Of a DNA stretch of 56,722 bases, positions 9,115-17,162 are shown in pieces. The notes beneath the pieces are model-generated. The model did not search any database. It was not told where the DNA came from and saw only the letters and a list, made by a program, of their open reading frames with translations. Both the position numbers and the translations under genes were made by a program. Within the stretch, counting starts at the first letter, position 1, and each line of letters begins with the position of its first letter. This DNA is from a virus (Duplodnaviria; Caudoviricetes), in IMG/VR virus record IMGVR_UViG_3300042558_002627, positions 1 to 56,722 of that record. One strand, given 5' to 3'.

Positions 9115-10514
9115 TGAGCACTAATATAAATAGAGTTTTACCAGGTGATATATATGATGCAGCAGTTAATAGTAACACTCCATCTATTATAAATACTTTT
9201 GCTACGCAGTTAGATCTGGCTAATATTAATAATCCAGGTAATGCCAATTTATTAATATCAGGAGGAGCTTCATGGTCTGGTACAGGAATGGTATTTAATA
9301 CCACAGCTCTTGAATATCAAATATCTGGAGTTCTTCTTACTGCAAATCCACAAACAGTAACATTACCCACAAGTAATCCAACAAATCCTAGATTTGATGC
9401 AATAGTAGTAGATGAAGCTCGTATAGTTTCTGTTATATCAGGAATACCTGCCGCTAATCCACTTACTCCAGCAATTGATGAAAACTATGTTCTTTTACAA
9501 TATGTATTGGTTGGAGCTGGTGCAACTGTACCAACAGTAACTAATGAGTTTGTATACAGAGAAGGATCTAGTCCTGATTGGCTACCAGTTTCGGTACCAG
9601 GAACAGCTCCTTTACTAGTTGCAAATTTTTCAAGTACTTTTCCTACACCTTTTCAAGGTAGTCAATGTACTCTTGTAAATGCACCTACCTTTAATAGTGG
9701 TAAGTATATTCAGTATACAAAACCAACAGGTACTATTGATAGAGCAACATTTGCTTTTTTATCATTTAGAGTTAATCTACCTGCAGCTTTGGCAGCAAGA
9801 AATATTCAAGTATCTCTTTTCAATGGAACTACTTTGATAGGATCTGTTCAAGCTACAGCTTGGGGATTAAATATGAGTAGTACAAATAACTGGCAATTAG
9901 TATCTATCCCTACGGGATCATTTGGAAATGTTGCTATTACTACAATCACAAGAATTAGATTTTTTCTTACAGGTACAGCAGCAAATACTTTCTCTACAGG
10001 AATAGATAGATACGCTCTTGATGATATAAAATTCCAATCTGGATTTGGACCACAATCAAATGTAGCAACTATAGATGTAGAAAATAATGGGGCGCCTGTT
10101 GGATCTACGGCTAAGTTAAATTTTATACCAACTCTAGGAACAACTTGGTCTTTTGTGAATGATATCATTAATAATAAAATAGATGTAAGGGCTTCTTCTA
10201 AAAATGCAATTATAACACCTGAAGTAGTTTCAATTGGTAGAAATTTAGTAAGTACAGATGCTGGAAAATTTTTAATTGTAGATTCTGCAACTCCACAATC
10301 AATGACTATTGAACTAAATAGCCTAGTTAGTATACAAGTTGGAGTAGTAGTTAAAATTACACAACAAGGTACTGGTTCTGTTAATATAGTTAATGCAGTT
10401 GGTGTAAATTTATATTCTAGTGGTGGTGGAACTAGTATTCCTGGTCAATATAATGTAGCAACACTTACAAAAACAGCAACAAATACTTGGTATTTAGAAT
10501 TTAGCTTAGTTTAA
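9114..10514 (+). CDS. Putative tail fibre protein with possible carbohydrate-binding beta-sandwich
   Basis: True start is probably ATG 9114 (TAATG overlap; MSTNINRV), not 9048. Contains NPRFDAIVVD, a WQLVSIP...DDIKF CBM-like segment, and a C-terminal ITQQGTGSVNI...ATLTKTATNTWYL module common in phage fibres. Confidence 0.6.
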   Translation: MSTNINRVLPGDIYDAAVNSNTPSIINTFATQLDLANINNPGNANLLISGGASWSGTGMVFNTTALEYQISGVLLTANPQTVTLPTSNPTNPRFDAIVVDEARIVSVISGIPAANPLTPAIDENYVLLQYVLVGAGATVPTVTNEFVYREGSSPDWLPVSVPGTAPLLVANFSSTFPTPFQGSQCTLVNAPTFNSGKYIQYTKPTGTIDRATFAFLSFRVNLPAALAARNIQVSLFNGTTLIGSVQATAWGLNMSSTNNWQLVSIPTGSFGNVAITTITRIRFFLTGTAANTFSTGIDRYALDDIKFQSGFGPQSNVATIDVENNGAPVGSTAKLNFIPTLGTTWSFVNDIINNKIDVRASSKNAIITPEVVSIGRNLVSTDAGKFLIVDSATPQSMTIELNSLVSIQVGVVVKITQQGTGSVNIVNAVGVNLYSSGGGTSIPGQYNVATLTKTATNTWYLEFSLV

Positions 10515-10523
10515 AATATAAAA

Positions 10524-10709
10524 ATGGGAACACAAATATTTATAAAATCAGATGGTTGTAAAGTAGAGTATACTAAGATTAATGCTCATTCATTCTCTAT
10601 GAGCCCTATTATAAATAATGGAGAAAGTCCTTCTCCAGTTCTTTACTATGGTGGTAAAAATGGTCCAGAAGGACAAGCTACATGGTCAAGAAATTTTTAC
10701 ATTAAATAA
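10524..10709 (+). CDS. Hypothetical small protein (tail cluster)
   Basis: 61 aa ORF with A-rich leader. Confidence 0.5.
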   Translation: MGTQIFIKSDGCKVEYTKINAHSFSMSPIINNGESPSPVLYYGGKNGPEGQATWSRNFYIK

Positions 10710-10718
10710 AACTTACTA

Positions 10719-12041
10719 ATGAGTACATCAATACAAATATCATCTGCAGGATTAACAAACGTTAACTATTCTAACGTTGCTTGGGTAGACGCTATTAATG
10801 GAAATGACCTTACAGGAGTAATAGGTGATTTTACAAAACCTTTTGCAACAGGAGCACAAGCAGTAAATACTGCAAATTCTTTTGGCTTTACTGCTACTAA
10901 TAGAGGATTAGTATATATTAGACGTGGGCAATACTCTGACCAAATTCAACTTTTAGCAAACATAGATTTTTACTGTGAACCAGGGACAGTTTGGACTTTA
11001 GGTGGATTTGTTGATACAGCAACAACAGGATCTGTAGGAATCTATGGTTCAGCAAAATTTGTATTAAATTCACGCCCTTTAAGAGTTGATTTTTCATCAA
11101 CTATTTATATGGAATTTGATGAAGTAAATCAAAATACTACCTTATCAATAGGAGCAATTGAAGTAGTGCCTTTAGCAGCTTACTCGGCAAATGTCACTAT
11201 AAATTGTAATAGAATATATTCTAATTGTAGAAATGCATATGCTATTACAATCCGAGGTAATGCTAATTTTGATCTAAACGTTACAAAAGAAATTAAAGGA
11301 CCTTACCAAGTTATTTTTATTAGACAAGCTGCTGATGGTACATTGTGGAACGGAACAGGCGTTATAACCTGTCCAAGAATCATTTGTGAAAATGGAGGCT
11401 ATGTTGGTAATTCAGCTGCTTTTAAAAATGCAGTATATTTCTTTAGTGTAAATTCAGCTACTAAATTAACTATTAATGGAGATATTATCAATGAAGCAAC
11501 TGGCTATGGTTATTCAATTCAAAGTTGTATTGTATCGACTGCTGCATCTTCACATTCTATTATAGTTAATGGATCTCTTATAGGTAATATTTCAGTTGGA
11601 TTAATTGCTGAAGGCAATGTAAGATTTGTTTTAAATGGAAATGCTTCTTCAACTGAACATGCTGCTAGATGCGGCGGAAGTGCAAATATTATTTTTAATA
11701 ATTCACGTTTAATAAAATATTCAAATTTTGGAGGAACTGCCGTAGTTGTTTTAAATGCAACTTGTATTGCTTATTTTAATAATTGTATGCTATATAATGG
11801 AGAACCATTTGGTCCTTCCATTGTTACTATAGCAAATACAACAGCAATTGGATATTTCTATAATTGTGTAGGATACTCAGTGGGAACTATTAATGCGCGA
11901 TTTGTTTGGACAGGAGGCGCTGCTGCCAAAATTGGAACAATAAATACACAATCAAATCAAATAAATGACCCAGCTTGTGTTGAACAATTCTCAGTTTCAG
12001 GATTTACACAAAATGCATTACTTGTCTTACCTAATTTTTAA
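10719..12041 (+). CDS. Putative tailspike / beta-helix receptor-binding protein
   Basis: N-terminal WVDAINGNDLTG...KPFAT...VYIRRGQY is typical of right-handed beta-helix starts; Asn/Ile/Cys-rich repetitive body. Confidence 0.6.
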   Translation: MSTSIQISSAGLTNVNYSNVAWVDAINGNDLTGVIGDFTKPFATGAQAVNTANSFGFTATNRGLVYIRRGQYSDQIQLLANIDFYCEPGTVWTLGGFVDTATTGSVGIYGSAKFVLNSRPLRVDFSSTIYMEFDEVNQNTTLSIGAIEVVPLAAYSANVTINCNRIYSNCRNAYAITIRGNANFDLNVTKEIKGPYQVIFIRQAADGTLWNGTGVITCPRIICENGGYVGNSAAFKNAVYFFSVNSATKLTINGDIINEATGYGYSIQSCIVSTAASSHSIIVNGSLIGNISVGLIAEGNVRFVLNGNASSTEHAARCGGSANIIFNNSRLIKYSNFGGTAVVVLNATCIAYFNNCMLYNGEPFGPSIVTIANTTAIGYFYNCVGYSVGTINARFVWTGGAAAKIGTINTQSNQINDPACVEQFSVSGFTQNALLVLPNF

Positions 12042-12046
12042 TTAAA

Positions 12047-12376
12047 ATGGAAATTACTAATATAGCAACAACAGTTCTAGTAGATAACTACGAAACTTCA
12101 GTAGGTGAAATTGTCACAGATAATGAAGGTACTAAAGTAATTACATTAGTAGCAGCAGAATTATCTCCTGAAGATTTTATTACATATTCAAATTATGTGT
12201 CTTTGTATATGGAAAAGTCAAGTATAAAAATTACAAATTCAGATGAACAGTTTGTAGTAACAAGAATAACTTCCTTTCCTGTTACAGAAGAAACAGTAGA
12301 ATTTGATTATGCTTCTTTGTCTACATCAGACCAAGATATTTTGCATAACTTCTACAATTTATTATTACAAAAATGA
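12047..12376 (+). CDS. Hypothetical acidic protein (possible fibre chaperone)
   Basis: 109 aa acidic ORF directly after the tailspike. Confidence 0.45.
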   Translation: MEITNIATTVLVDNYETSVGEIVTDNEGTKVITLVAAELSPEDFITYSNYVSLYMEKSSIKITNSDEQFVVTRITSFPVTEETVEFDYASLSTSDQDILHNFYNLLLQK

Positions 12377-12834
12377 AGCTAAGACTCTTATATCTCACTA
12401 TTATTCTAATAGCTTTTTTAACGAGCTGTCATGATGCTAAATATCATTTAGATAAGTTCTATAAGAAAGGTGGAGTAATCACTTGTGATACAATCTATGT
12501 ATCAAAAACAGATACTCTAGTTGTTAAAGGTAAAGATGGCAAAGATTCTTTAGTCTATATTACTAAACAAGTACCATGTAATTGTCCGCAGGCTACTGTA
12601 GAAACAAGATGGAAGACTAGATTTGATAATAAAAGATTTGCTGATTCAATGAAAATAATTGCTAAGATGTATGATGATTCCTTAGCTGCTGCAATTAAGA
12701 TTAACAAGCAAAATAATAAATCTGAAATTAAACAAGTAAAATATAAAGAAAGAGCAGGATTTCCTTGGTGGATGTTATTTCTTTCTTTAATTTTAGCTAG
12801 CATTTTATTTATCATTAAACAATTTAAGAGATGA
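12373..12834 (+). CDS. Lipoprotein with C-terminal TM helix (unimolecular-spanin-like architecture)
   Basis: MKLRLLYLTIILIAFLTS-C lipobox; C-terminal FPWWMLFLSLILASILFII hydrophobic helix; in the lysis cluster. Confidence 0.6.
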   Translation: MKLRLLYLTIILIAFLTSCHDAKYHLDKFYKKGGVITCDTIYVSKTDTLVVKGKDGKDSLVYITKQVPCNCPQATVETRWKTRFDNKRFADSMKIIAKMYDDSLAAAIKINKQNNKSEIKQVKYKERAGFPWWMLFLSLILASILFIIKQFKR

Positions 12835-13091
12835 CAACAGAGGTTATGATGTTCATATTAGCTACTGCAATAGGAATCATTGGGTATTTTTTAAGAATTG
12901 TACACGCGGATGTACGTAAAAATACAGAAGAGCAAGGAAGACTTAAAGGAAAAATTGAGTTAGTAGAACAAGAGAATAGATTAAAATATCAAGCTATTCA
13001 AGAACAAACTCAACTGGAGATTAAGATGCTTGCTAAGAATGTAAGTGATCTTTCAATTGCTGTTAAAGAATTAATGATAAAAATAAATTAA
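12831..13091 (+). CDS. Single-TM membrane protein with coiled coil (holin/antiholin-like)
   Basis: N-terminal VMMFILATAIGIIGYFL followed by a coiled-coil-like region. Confidence 0.5.
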   Translation: MTTEVMMFILATAIGIIGYFLRIVHADVRKNTEEQGRLKGKIELVEQENRLKYQAIQEQTQLEIKMLAKNVSDLSIAVKELMIKIN

Positions 13092-13092
13092 T

Positions 13093-13368
13093 ATGGTACT
13101 ATCTGCTGAAGCTCCTTCATTTGGAGTATTTGAAACACTAACCCAATATGGGGCACTAGGAGTCGTAGTCCTAGGATTAGGAGCTGTTCTTTGGTTTATG
13201 CTAAAGAGACAACTTGCTTCTGAAGACAAATTAAAAACTAAAGTTGATGAGTTACAAAAAGAACTCACTACTTATATTGCTTCAGATGCTCAAAAAACTA
13301 CAGAGGCTTTGAACAATAATACAAAGGCTCTTGAGAAATTACAAGACATAATAATCTCTAAGCGATGA
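13093..13368 (+). CDS. BhlA/UviB-like holin candidate
   Basis: LTQYGALGVVVLGLGAVLWFML TM segment followed by a coiled coil. Confidence 0.5.
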   Translation: MVLSAEAPSFGVFETLTQYGALGVVVLGLGAVLWFMLKRQLASEDKLKTKVDELQKELTTYIASDAQKTTEALNNNTKALEKLQDIIISKR

Positions 13369-13718
13369 AAAACAAGCTTATATTACTTGGACTTATAGCA
13401 ATTATCATTGCTCTTATACTTACTCAAATACTTGAGAGTGGAGCAGAGCATGTTGATGTTGTTGATACAGCACAAACTCTTCAGGCTGATAATAAAAAAT
13501 TAACTGTAGAGAATGGAATACTAGAGTCAGATGTAAAACAGCTTGAACAAACTGTATCAACTGCAGAAGAACAATTAGCACAAACACCTATTGCCGAAAC
13601 TGTTGAGGTTATTAAAAAAGTAAAAATTTACATTCATGACACTATTGTAATACATGATACAGTAGTTATCAAAGAACAGAAGAATTTCTGGGGTAAAACT
13701 AAATCAGACACACTATGA
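13365..13718 (+). CDS. N-terminally anchored coiled-coil protein (i-spanin-like)
   Basis: MKNKLILLGLIAIIIALIL anchor, coiled coil, IHDTIVIHDTVVI repeat. Confidence 0.45.
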   Translation: MKNKLILLGLIAIIIALILTQILESGAEHVDVVDTAQTLQADNKKLTVENGILESDVKQLEQTVSTAEEQLAQTPIAETVEVIKKVKIYIHDTIVIHDTVVIKEQKNFWGKTKSDTL

Positions 13719-13993
13719 GAAAATTATTTAGAGAGCTCATTTCAGATGACAACAAAATAAATGAACAAGCCTTTGTAGGTGTAGTAGCATTCTTTGCTAT
13801 GGCATTTATTTTAATAGTTGATGTAGTTACAGGTATCTTAGGTAAGGAATTAGTTATTAAAGAGTTTATCTTTGATGGCTTTATGATTCTAACATTAGGT
13901 GCGTTTGGAATTACTACAGCTGGTAGAATTATGTCACTAAAGAAAAAGACTAAAGCAAAAGAAAAAGAGACTTCAGAAGAAGTAGTAGATTAA
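13715..13993 (+). CDS. Two-TM holin candidate
   Basis: Two hydrophobic helices and a charged C-terminal tail, directly upstream of the endolysin. Confidence 0.5.
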   Translation: MRKLFRELISDDNKINEQAFVGVVAFFAMAFILIVDVVTGILGKELVIKEFIFDGFMILTLGAFGITTAGRIMSLKKKTKAKEKETSEEVVD

Positions 13994-14010
13994 CAATAAA
14001 AATAAACAAT

Positions 14011-14469
14011 ATGCAATTAAGTAAGAATCTAGCATTAGCAGAAGTAATGAGATCAGAGACTGCTAAAAGAAAAGGAATTAGTAATATGCCTACACCAGAG
14101 CATATTGAGAATTTTAAGAAACTAGCTGAGAATGTATTCCAGCCAATTAGAGAACACTTTGGAGTTCCTATTCATATTTCATCAGGGTATAGAAGTAAAG
14201 CTTTAAATACTGCTGTAGGTGGAAGTTTGTCTAGTCAACATTGTACAGGTGAAGCAATTGATATTGACATGGATGGAACATCTATTACTAATAAGCAAGT
14301 TTTTGATTTTATAAAAGAGAACTTAAACTTTGACCAAATGATTTGGGAGTTTGGAACAAATGCCAATCCTGACTGGGTTCACGTATCATACGAGTCTACA
14401 GGAAAACAGCGTAAGCAAGTTTTGAAAGCAGTTAAGCAAGGAGGTAAAACCGTATATAAACCTTATTAA
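14011..14469 (+). CDS. Endolysin, peptidase M15 family (Zn peptidase)
   Basis: SSGYRS..LN..VGG...SQH..GEAID and WVHVS zinc-ligand motifs. Confidence 0.85.
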   Translation: MQLSKNLALAEVMRSETAKRKGISNMPTPEHIENFKKLAENVFQPIREHFGVPIHISSGYRSKALNTAVGGSLSSQHCTGEAIDIDMDGTSITNKQVFDFIKENLNFDQMIWEFGTNANPDWVHVSYESTGKQRKQVLKAVKQGGKTVYKPY

Positions 14470-14470
14470 T

Positions 14471-14629
14471 ATGAAAACAAGAAACAGTTGGAAATTCCGC
14501 AGAAAACAGTGGGATAAAGTCGCAATTAAAGTTAGATTAGGAGCAATAGATTTTCTTTGTATAGAAGTAGATATTTCTAGAGAGTTTTATATGCTTACTA
14601 TTTTAAATTTTACTATTAAAAATAGATAA
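14471..14629 (+). CDS. Small hypothetical protein (52 aa, not in the ORF track)
   Basis: MKTRNSWKFRRKQWDKVAIKVRLGAIDFLCIEVDISREFYMLTILNFTIKNR*, tightly packed between neighbours. Confidence 0.6.
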   Translation: MKTRNSWKFRRKQWDKVAIKVRLGAIDFLCIEVDISREFYMLTILNFTIKNR

Positions 14630-14631
14630 AT

Positions 14632-14772
14632 ATGGCTAAGATTAATTCTTCAGATACAGGAAAAAAAATATCTGTAAAAGTTAGTAGACCAGGTGTACAT
14701 GCTAAAACAAAGACTTCTGCGCTTAAGACTTCTCGTAATTATAAGAAAGCTTACGGCGGACAAGGAAGATAA
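14632..14772 (+). CDS. Small highly basic protein (46 aa, not in the ORF track)
   Basis: MAKINSSDTGKKISVKVSRPGVHAKTKTSALKTSRNYKKAYGGQGR*. Confidence 0.6.
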   Translation: MAKINSSDTGKKISVKVSRPGVHAKTKTSALKTSRNYKKAYGGQGR

Positions 14773-14786
14773 TTAAAAATTAATTG

Positions 14787-14794
14787 TATATTTG
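14787..14794 (+). promoter_or_regulatory. Bacteroidota sigmaA-type -7 promoter element
   Basis: TATATTTG in the intergenic gap, 6 nt before ATG 14801. Confidence 0.5.
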
Positions 14795-14800
14795 CTTATT

Positions 14801-15523
14801 ATGTTATCATTACAGGACTATCAAGCACAAATAGATGAGGCTCTTGCGATTAACTCGATAGAGTCAACTTATTCGTATGAATTCTATACGGATTTAATTA
14901 ACGAACAACGTGCGTTATGGCTTCGTAATGAGTATAACAAAAATCGAAGTATTGATCCTTATGTAATACAAGATTTAAAATGTGTGGAGCTTGAAGAGGT
15001 AAGCCCTATAGATTGCTGTATTACAGTTCCAACAGGATGTAAAGTATTGCGAACTAAAGTAAAAATCCCGAATACTATTGAGTTATATTATACTAAAGGA
15101 ATCGTAACAGTGGGCCCTGCAGATATTATGCAGCCTCGTTTTGTTTTTGTCGATTACTCTAGAGTTCCTTACGTAGGAAATGGTAGAACAACTCAGAGAG
15201 CTATTTATGCATTTTTATACGATAGTTACTTATATATTACTAGTAAAAATCCTAGTACTATATTAATGAAATATTTAACGATTAGAGGAATCTTCGAAGA
15301 CCCTACTTCATTAGGAGACTTCATGGATTGTACTACTAATCAAACTTGTTGGAAACCTTCAGATCCTTATCCGATTAATCAATGGATGTGGGCTTACATT
15401 AAACCTTATATTCTACAGCAACTGATGCAGAAAGGCGGATTGCCGTATGATAGTTCTAATAATGCACAGGATTTAAGATCAGATTCTGGACAAATGGCAG
15501 CACCACAAAATGGAGGACAGTAA
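14801..15523 (+). CDS. Putative tail ring protein
   Basis: Probable start ATG 14801 (MLSLQDY); IQDLKCVELEEV, IRGIFEDP and DPYPI motifs resemble crAss ring proteins; synteny. Confidence 0.6.
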   Translation: MLSLQDYQAQIDEALAINSIESTYSYEFYTDLINEQRALWLRNEYNKNRSIDPYVIQDLKCVELEEVSPIDCCITVPTGCKVLRTKVKIPNTIELYYTKGIVTVGPADIMQPRFVFVDYSRVPYVGNGRTTQRAIYAFLYDSYLYITSKNPSTILMKYLTIRGIFEDPTSLGDFMDCTTNQTCWKPSDPYPINQWMWAYIKPYILQQLMQKGGLPYDSSNNAQDLRSDSGQMAAPQNGGQ

Positions 15524-16052
15524 TACATACTTAAGAAGAGGAAAAGGTAAACTTGCAGGAGATGTAAAGAAATCTGCATTTTATTTGTTCTATAAGAACA
15601 ATGCTAAAGAAACAGTATTACCTAGAAGTACTTATAACGCTTTTGTAAAAGAATTGCTAATGGCTTATAGTTCTAATGTAGTAGAAACAGGATTAGAATT
15701 AAAAGTAACTAAAATAGGAAAATTAAGAATTAAAAGCAGTCACCTAAATTTTTTTAAGAAAAACGGTGAGCGCTCAAAAAGCTTAAAACCTAATTGGCAC
15801 GCAACTTGGGAATACTGGCACACTAAATATCCAGGATTAACGAATGACGAGATTGTAGAAATAAAAGACAAGAAAGTTATTTTTCATGAGAACGAACATT
15901 CAGACCAAGAATTTTATGAACACCATTGGGATAAGTTAACGTCTAATGTAAAATTTAAAAGCTTTTACAAGTTTAAAGCTTCTAGACAATATTCAAGATT
16001 ATTAGCCAAGGTGGTTAAAGATCCAAACAGAAAAGTATTTTATTATGGATAA
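15510..16052 (+). CDS. IHF/HU-like DNA-binding protein
   Basis: Basic; ELKVTKIGKLRIK...FYKFKASRQYSRLLAK resembles the HU/IHF fold; matches the position of the crAss IHF-like gene. Confidence 0.55.
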   Translation: MEDSNTYLRRGKGKLAGDVKKSAFYLFYKNNAKETVLPRSTYNAFVKELLMAYSSNVVETGLELKVTKIGKLRIKSSHLNFFKKNGERSKSLKPNWHATWEYWHTKYPGLTNDEIVEIKDKKVIFHENEHSDQEFYEHHWDKLTSNVKFKSFYKFKASRQYSRLLAKVVKDPNRKVFYYG

Positions 16053-16338
16053 AATGATGATAGCAGAATTAGGAAGAATGAAAGAAACTCCTAATTCAGG
16101 TAAAGAAGTAGAAGCAGAAACAAAATGTATTAAAAAACAATTTGCTGATGGTTCTTCTGAAGAAGTAACCGTAGAAAAAGTTGATGGAGGATATATTAAA
16201 ACAGTGTGTAAACGTTTTAAAGATTCTGAAGGCTGCTGGCAATATACAGATGAAAAGTCTGTACATACAGAAGATCCTTTAGAAGAAAAAACTTCTATAG
16301 TAGATAGATTAGAATCAGTACTTAAAGGAATAGGATAA
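16045..16338 (+). CDS. Hypothetical protein
   Basis: 97 aa ORF overlapping both neighbours. Confidence 0.55.
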   Translation: MDKMMIAELGRMKETPNSGKEVEAETKCIKKQFADGSSEEVTVEKVDGGYIKTVCKRFKDSEGCWQYTDEKSVHTEDPLEEKTSIVDRLESVLKGIG

Positions 16339-17162
16339 TGTACGCAGGGAAAACAGTTTCATATAAAGCAATCATTGATAAGGCCATTAGAGATTTTGGC
16401 TTTAACTACGATATCCACGAAGAGGAAGGAGTAGAGTGGTTGGCAGAATTCATGGCACATACTAATGTAGGAGTGACTATGGAGGAGAAAATTGCTTATA
16501 TCGAAGTCTGTGATGCTCGCGGAGATTTACCTTTTGACCTTTACAAGATTGGCCAAGTAGCTCACGTAGAAGGAGTTATGACTATCGAAGATGCAGAATG
16601 TGGTAAAGGAAGAATGTATCCAATGCGTTGGAAAACAGATTACTTCCACAAAAGATATCACAAAGATACTCGTGACTATACTACAGAAGCTAGAGAAACT
16701 TATACCGTTGGACAAGGATATATTTTCCCGTCAATGGACAAAGGAATTGTAGCAATGTCATACAGTGCAATACCGACCGACGAATGTGGCTATCCTACTA
16801 TTCCTGCAGAGCAACAATGGATGGAAGCAGGAGCTCACTATATTGCTCACAAGATTGCTAGAAAATTATGGTTAAGAAATGAACTTGCTGGTGATAAATA
16901 TCAAATTATTGAAAGAGATAGAGATTGGTATTTTGCACAAGCAGTTAATCATGCTAAACAATGGAACGGCGTAGACGAAGCAGAAACAGTGAAAAATTCT
17001 GTAGTAAGAACTATTCCTGATCTACAGGCGCATGCTTCTTTCTTTGCAAATATGCAGTTGCCAGAGCAACGTAAATTTAGACCTAAAGCAGGAATTGGTT
17101 TAGTGTCTACAATCAATGTTATAACACAAAATACTCAAGGTAGTAATCCAGCAACATCATAA
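16338..17162 (+). CDS. Tail tubular / ring protein (P22 gp4-like position)
   Basis: GDLPFDLYKI, MSYSAIPTDECGYPTIP, RDWYFAQA; immediately precedes the muzzle gene as in crAss-like phages. Confidence 0.65.
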   Translation: MYAGKTVSYKAIIDKAIRDFGFNYDIHEEEGVEWLAEFMAHTNVGVTMEEKIAYIEVCDARGDLPFDLYKIGQVAHVEGVMTIEDAECGKGRMYPMRWKTDYFHKRYHKDTRDYTTEARETYTVGQGYIFPSMDKGIVAMSYSAIPTDECGYPTIPAEQQWMEAGAHYIAHKIARKLWLRNELAGDKYQIIERDRDWYFAQAVNHAKQWNGVDEAETVKNSVVRTIPDLQAHASFFANMQLPEQRKFRPKAGIGLVSTINVITQNTQGSNPATS

